A DNA stretch of 63,008 nucleotides, counting the filler, from Choristocarpus tenellus KU-1152 (Eukaryota; Protista; Phaeophyceae): NCBI GenBank assembly GCA_964200185.2. It is 13 parts of 13 records of this genome, joined end to end, with 100 filler letters (N's around TTAATTAATTAA, not from the genome) between each part and the next. Parts side by side here need not be neighbours in the genome. Positions count along the whole stretch, not along the records: positions 59,258 to 63,008 come from CAXNAD020018157.1; 12 more parts are not named here. The stretch is one strand, 5' to 3'. The translations under genes and the position numbers were made by a program. Shown here piece by piece: positions 59,478 to 63,008 of the stretch. Each line of letters opens with the position of its first letter. The first letter of the stretch is position 1. The notes beneath the pieces are model-generated. The model saw only the letters and a list, made by a program, of their open reading frames with translations. It was not told where the DNA came from and ran no database searches.

Positions 59478-62400
59478 GTCGCCGCCACTGCCCACCGAAT
59501 GGGCGTTCGGGGAAATACACGAGTCACTCCTGACAAGCGTGGACTCTGAGTCCTTGCCTAGCCGCCCCCTCACGTCCTCCTGTGCAAGTTCCTCTGGACC
59601 TGACAAAGCGTTACAAACGGGTGGTCGGTCCCCACCGCCTTCAGAGTCATGTTCCGAGGGTGTGAATGTATGCCTCCCCCCTCGTAGAGTCCTGCTTCCA
59701 AAACCTACTGCAGGGCTAGGCGATGGACTATCTTGTTCCTCTTCATCACCTGGTGGTTTGGGTCTTCCACAAGGTATAGGCATGGATACGCTAACAGCTA
59801 CCGGTGTCTTCACCGGTGCAAAATTGCGGAAGGTGGAGAGTTCGTCTATGAGGAGTTGGATACGATCCGGATCTTGGTTGTCCCCGAGGGCAGTGCATGT
59901 GATTACCATGCCTCCTGGTCGTGTATGGAGAAGGGCAACTTTTCTCTTGTGAGCCGTGCGCTTGTTTCGGACTTGAACTTCTCGAGGTAGTGCTTGGATG
60001 TGTCGTTCTTGTTTGAGGTGATCACGATGGTTGTGACTCTAGTTATCTCTGTGATGGTGGAGAAGTAGGCAAATGATATAGCGAAGTAGGGGTCAAAACA
60101 ACGGGGGGAGATGTTAGTGCTAGGAGGCAAGGGGTGAGATAGAGAGGTTGGTGAGAAGGAGTAAGTGAGCCAGTATACAGACGAGGAGGAAGGGGCCGAG
60201 GAAAGGATGGATGGATCAGAGTAATTGCAGTTCGTTAAACTTGGGCGGATTATTCAAGCCCATAAAACAGGAAGATAAATAGGGCTGTTAACACAGGGTG
60301 AAGAGGATGCGTATAGGACTAGAATGTAACCGCGGCATAATTTTCCTTCTTTTCGCAGGTTCTGTCGATCGGTACAACAGAGCGAAAGTATGAATCAATC
60401 TGTTCGATGAGCAACTTCGCAACATATAAAACCGGAGAGCCCAGTGAGAATGTTCGTTGTGAAACTGTCAAACGTCGGTAAGGTCTGTGAGAATCTAGGT
60501 TGTGTGTTTGGTGTAGGGAACCATGTTTGGATGTTAACCTATGGCGATGCTGTACAATGATGTAATTGCTTGCCTGTGTGTTCGTCACTTGGTGTTCAGG
60601 GTAACGCTCTCAGAGTATTTGACGATGTGTCCAGGTATTTTGTACCCTCCTCCACATCCTCCCTCAACACGAGGTCCCTTTTCACCTGTGGAGTTTATGG
60701 GTTTTACATTAAGTTGCGCGATCAGGGCGTTCATTGTATGGTGGCTTGATGATACGAACTGAAATATGTTGGATAGATGAGATGATGAACCTCCCACACA
60801 GTTGAGTACCTCGTCGCTGAGGATGTATTTTTCGGTAGGAGGACCCTCTGCTGAAGACCCTGCTGAGGAGTCATCGGCGTAGGGTCTATCCCGAGCTTGT
60901 CTTTCCTTTTTTGGTCGTTCATAACTTGTATGGTGACCTCCAGGACAGCCCTCTTGATGAGGACATTTTTGGTGTGCATACGTCTCATGTATGCCAATTG
61001 GACTTTCCAGGGTTGAGACACCCACTCCTCCTCCGCCTGGGCGGCAGACGCCATGTCTGAATCGCCGACTCCTGGTCTATTCTTCTTCCCCTTTCCTCTT
61101 GTCTTCTTCTTTCGTTTGTCCTGGTCGGCCAGGGGCCGTTTGTTCTGGACGCCCCTAAGAGTGTGGGAGAACTGGCATGGAGGAGCACATGGGCAGTGGA
61201 ACGGTAAGTCAAATGGATGACATGGGTGTCTGCCTCGCGAGGCACGAACTAGATGGTAAACATTGCGGCTGTTGCAGGGTCAGCAGGGGGGTATATACAT
61301 ATACATCGATACGTTACTTGAATTGTCACGGTCAAAATCGACTTACCCATATTCCTCTGGAAGTGTCTCCATCCCGACAACATACGTCAATGAGAGCGCG
61401 TCAGTAGGTAATTTTTTGGCAGTCTGTTCTGAGAAGACGTGGGCAGCCACCTTGACAATGTCGCGCCAGCGATGGCCTTGGGGAGTCTCCCCTCTGAGGA
61501 TAGCTAAGCCGGCTCCAGCGAGGACATTGGTGCACATTCTTGCGAAATACTGCTCCTTGAACTCGTCTATGAGCTACATGTACGTCAAATGTGCGATGGT
61601 GTGTCGTTAGGAGACCGATAAAGAACGAGCTTTGAGGATGTGTAGGATTTAGGGTTAGCAGTGAATCTATCAGAGAAGGATTACGAGGGGATGTGCGTAG
61701 CGCAGCAGAACCCTATGGGCTTGGGGTTCTTTGGAAACTGATGGCCTTTACCGTTCGACAGAACACATCAAATTCCTTCATTACATCTGCCCTATAGCAA
61801 GTGTGGTGTCGTCGTGTGGGGACAACATAGTTGGGAAGGTTTACCCCACCTTCAACCTGTAGGTGTGTGTGAACCCCCCGCTGTTCTTGAGGGATTCGAT
61901 GGCGGTGTCCGGGTTAGCGTACCACAGCACAGTGAACATGTGAACCGCTCTGAAGTCGAATTTGTCCTAGTCAGGTGAGCGTTGGGTGTGTGGAGGATAA
62001 GGTGACATGGTCGAGACAGGAGAACGTGGGAGTGGGAGTGGGTCTGTTGGTTAATGGCGTATGCCATAAGGTCGATAGATTACCAATGTATGAAACGTCA
62101 ATTCAAGCTCAGTATGCGAAGGCAGGGGTTACTACGGTGTTGTTGGACCGTTAGTGATGGGATATTGGATGTACAAATGTGGGGACGGCTGCACCACGCT
62201 CACACTTGACCCGTCGCGCTTCTTGTGCTCCTCTCCACACACCGAGAAGGATCTCCTCCAGTTCTTTTGTCTCTGGTGGAACATAGTGAGGGGAAGAAAG
62301 GGATCGGGTTGGTTGGTTAACCAACGCGGAATTAATATGGATATATGCGACGTAAGGTAGGCGATATTTCTCAATCGTTTCACGAATCGTTTCCTGTGGA

Positions 62401-62640
62401 AGAAGCCGTGAGAATCTCACCCTCTCCCGCGCATATGTAGACAAGGGTGGCGATCGGGTTGAAGAATTGGACGAACGTCTGGTCGGTAAGTCTATTCACC
62501 CCGGCTTCCATATGTGTGTCCTCCCAAGCTTCCTTGAGGAATACCTTTATCTTTGCAGCTACCCTCCTCTTAACAGCCGTCTGTAACGCGGCGTTGGCAC
62601 TACGGAAATCTACGTCACCTAGAATGCGTAGACTATGAGC
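59478..62640 (-). pseudogene. Orphan multi-exon gene with frameshifts, truncated by the L2 LTR
   Basis: About 8 exon-like blocks, mostly AG/GT-bounded and separated by short introns. Examples: 61966-61850 DKFDFRAVHMFTVLWYANPDTAIESLKNSGGFTHTYRLK joins in phase to 61573-61347 LIDEFKEQYFARMCTNVLAG..; 61171-60810 has a KRKKKTRGKGKK basic patch. No recognisable domain. Confidence 0.6.
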
Positions 62641-63008
62641 GAAGAGTAATCATGGTGTTGTAAAGTATCAATGATTAAAATACGTAGTCTGTGTTATGAG
62701 TAGACGTTATTGTGCTGTATGTTGAACCTGAATCAAGAATGCATCGTACATGTAAGCAAAATGCGTGGACTGCAGGCGATGAGTGATATGCGTAGTTTAT
62801 GCTATGGATAGGTGTGATTGTGCTGCAAGCACCGATGTATTTATTCTGTCGTAACTGAGGTCATTGATTTCTCAGATAAGAATGATGATGCGATGTGAAT
62901 TCAGTATTCTTGGTTGCTCAATCCAGAATGATGTGATGTGAATTCAGTGTTCTTTTAAGAGATACTCGACGAAAGAAGTCCATGCTCTGTGGAGAGGCTT
63001 GTTACCTT

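Overview
This is eukaryotic, intron-rich nuclear DNA and not one locus. It is 13 short contigs joined by 12 identical artificial 100-bp linkers (44 N + TTAATTAATTAA + 44 N), so gene order across linkers means nothing. Gene style, TTAGGG-like repeats and TE types suggest a stramenopile, probably a brown alga (inference). Host genes rebuilt from splice sites: partial SelO/YdiU AMPylase, partial endonuclease III (NTH), a complete 5-exon ankyrin + coiled-coil protein, a partial long coiled-coil protein and a partial N-anchored Lys/Ala/Glu-rich protein. The rest is mostly TE-derived: a decayed intron-rich Sola1/DUF7869-type DDE transposase, both halves of a plant-mariner-like transposase plus Stowaway-like MITEs, two MITE families sharing a TIR core, a TIR element carrying telomere-like repeats, Copia remnants and three LTR families. 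There are also two orphan multi-exon pseudogenes. The strongest window-wide signal is CpG-rich gene 5' ends against CpG-poor gene bodies, a footprint of cytosine methylation. I found no support for a multi-gene novel system. All counts and alignments were done by hand.
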